Assembly: GCA_002104905.1 (NCBI GenBank)
Contig: MCFE01000068.1
Coordinates: forward strand, 1 to 64,000
Source of the DNA: Basidiobolus meristosporus CBS 931.73
Taxonomy: Eukaryota; Fungi; Basidiobolomycota
Direction of reading: 5' to 3'
Length of the DNA: 64,000 nt
Position numbers and translations under genes: made by a program. Each line of letters opens with the position of its first letter. Position 1 is the first letter of the stretch. Below, piece by piece: positions 62,865 through 64,000 of the stretch. Below the pieces are notes generated by a model. It saw nothing but the letters and a program-made list of their open reading frames with translations, did not search any database and was not told the origin of the DNA.

Positions 62865-63954
62865 ATGGCGCCAAAAAATAAAGCAAAGTCATCTGGTTCT
62901 CAACCAAACCCCACCACTGACAGCAACAGAAGAATGGTTGGACAACAGCTTGCTTTAACATTCAGTGCAACAAGTGGGGCTACATCCAACAAAGGCCCTG
63001 TGGACAGTGTGCCCATTGAAGGTAATAATGCGGACTCCTCAGGCTCTCAGTCAAGTGGCAATTGAGAACCTCTGTGGAGCCACAAGCTGACCATTATGCT
63101 CAGGCAGATGAGAATGTAGCAAATGCAGTACCCTCAGTTGAAGATCAGCAAGTGGCCATGATAACATCACCACCACCCATGCTAGCAAGTATGTTGTCAG
63201 CTCATACCAAAGCATTAATGAAGCAATTAGGTGCAGTGGCTGATAGGATAGATGCAATGGCCCAGAGAAATCAGGAAGTATTCCAGAAACAGGATGAGTG
63301 GATAATACATGTAGAGCAATCAATATCCCAGGTAGAGAGAGCAGTATCTTTGCTGCAAAAAGGAACTCAAGTAGCTCAATGTCACAGCCAAGAATTGAGC
63401 CATTTCCTGATGTAATAGCAGAGGAACACTGTACAATCTTTGAAGCACAACAACAGTGCCCAAAGATAAAGCCCACAGAAAAACCTATCACAGCATGGGA
63501 GGGAGACAATGTGGTGTTTATACCAAAGCCTAAAAATCAAAAGACATTGAAGATCTGTGAAGCCATTGAGTGCAATAATGAAGAGTGGGCTAATATACAA
63601 GAGGCCATCAGAAGTCTAGCATGCCATCACCTTAAGGCCAGCATACCATGGGACCATCAGGAACTCAAGGCCAAGCAGAATGCACTTGACTTGTTCCATG
63701 AGCATTATCCTGGATTCAAATGGGCAAATGGACTTTGGGCCAGCATTGGTATGCTAAGAAAGTATCTTAAGAATAGCAGAAACTATCAAAGGCAGAAGAA
63801 CAAGGGTGCCATGGCTAAAAACCAGCAGCTTCCTCAAGAGCCCTTCACAAGGAGGGCTGAAAGCTCCAGACAAGCATCAAAGAGATGTCAGGCAGCTGGA
63901 AGAGTGCCAATTAAGGACAAGCAGGCAGACATGGATGCACCAGCACAACATTAA
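62865..63954 (+). pseudogene. Frameshifted transposon-associated second ORF (coiled coil plus helical domain), divergent from the transposase fragment
   Basis: Overlapping ORFs 62865/63062/63298 in CpG-free DNA; EEWANIQEAIRSLACHHL...PWDHQ...W...MLRKYLKNSR resembles accessory ORFs of fungal DNA transposons. Confidence 0.5.
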
Positions 63955-64000
63955 TCAAGGAAAAAGCAAAGTACCATTCAAGAAGCACCCAGTCAAAGTA

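Overview
Eukaryotic genomic DNA with many short (about 55-100 nt) spliceosomal introns and fungal-type genes. It is most consistent with an early-diverging fungus (Zoopagomycota/Mucoromycota; Basidiobolus is a guess from gene style, not verified). Positions 1-49,270 form a gene-dense block. It holds a tandem catalase array (one intact gene, one frameshifted copy, one relic), a CAP protein, an Osm1-like fumarate reductase, a PTS1-bearing FAD amine oxidase, a TAF3-like gene with a C-terminal PHD finger, TGS1, arginyl-tRNA synthetase, MPO1, THI6, a synaptobrevin, TAD2, DID2, TVP15, an atypical SDR, two convergent small secreted pro-peptide genes, ERG10, V-ATPase subunit a, a very large neurobeachin-like gene lacking the BEACH module, ARL2, ATP2 and several hypothetical genes. 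From about 49,290 to the end the DNA abruptly becomes AT-rich and almost CpG-free. It is a nest of transposons: related 349-bp Copia LTRs with Ty5/Hemivirus-type half-tRNA primer sites, a young non-autonomous element with identical LTRs, a MITE and a CACTA-like remnant. Most promising leads: the BEACH-less neurobeachin-like protein, the metazoan-style TAF3-PHD, the two amphipathic peptide precursors and the young non-autonomous LTR element. All calls were made by eye from sequence and motifs; no database searches were run.
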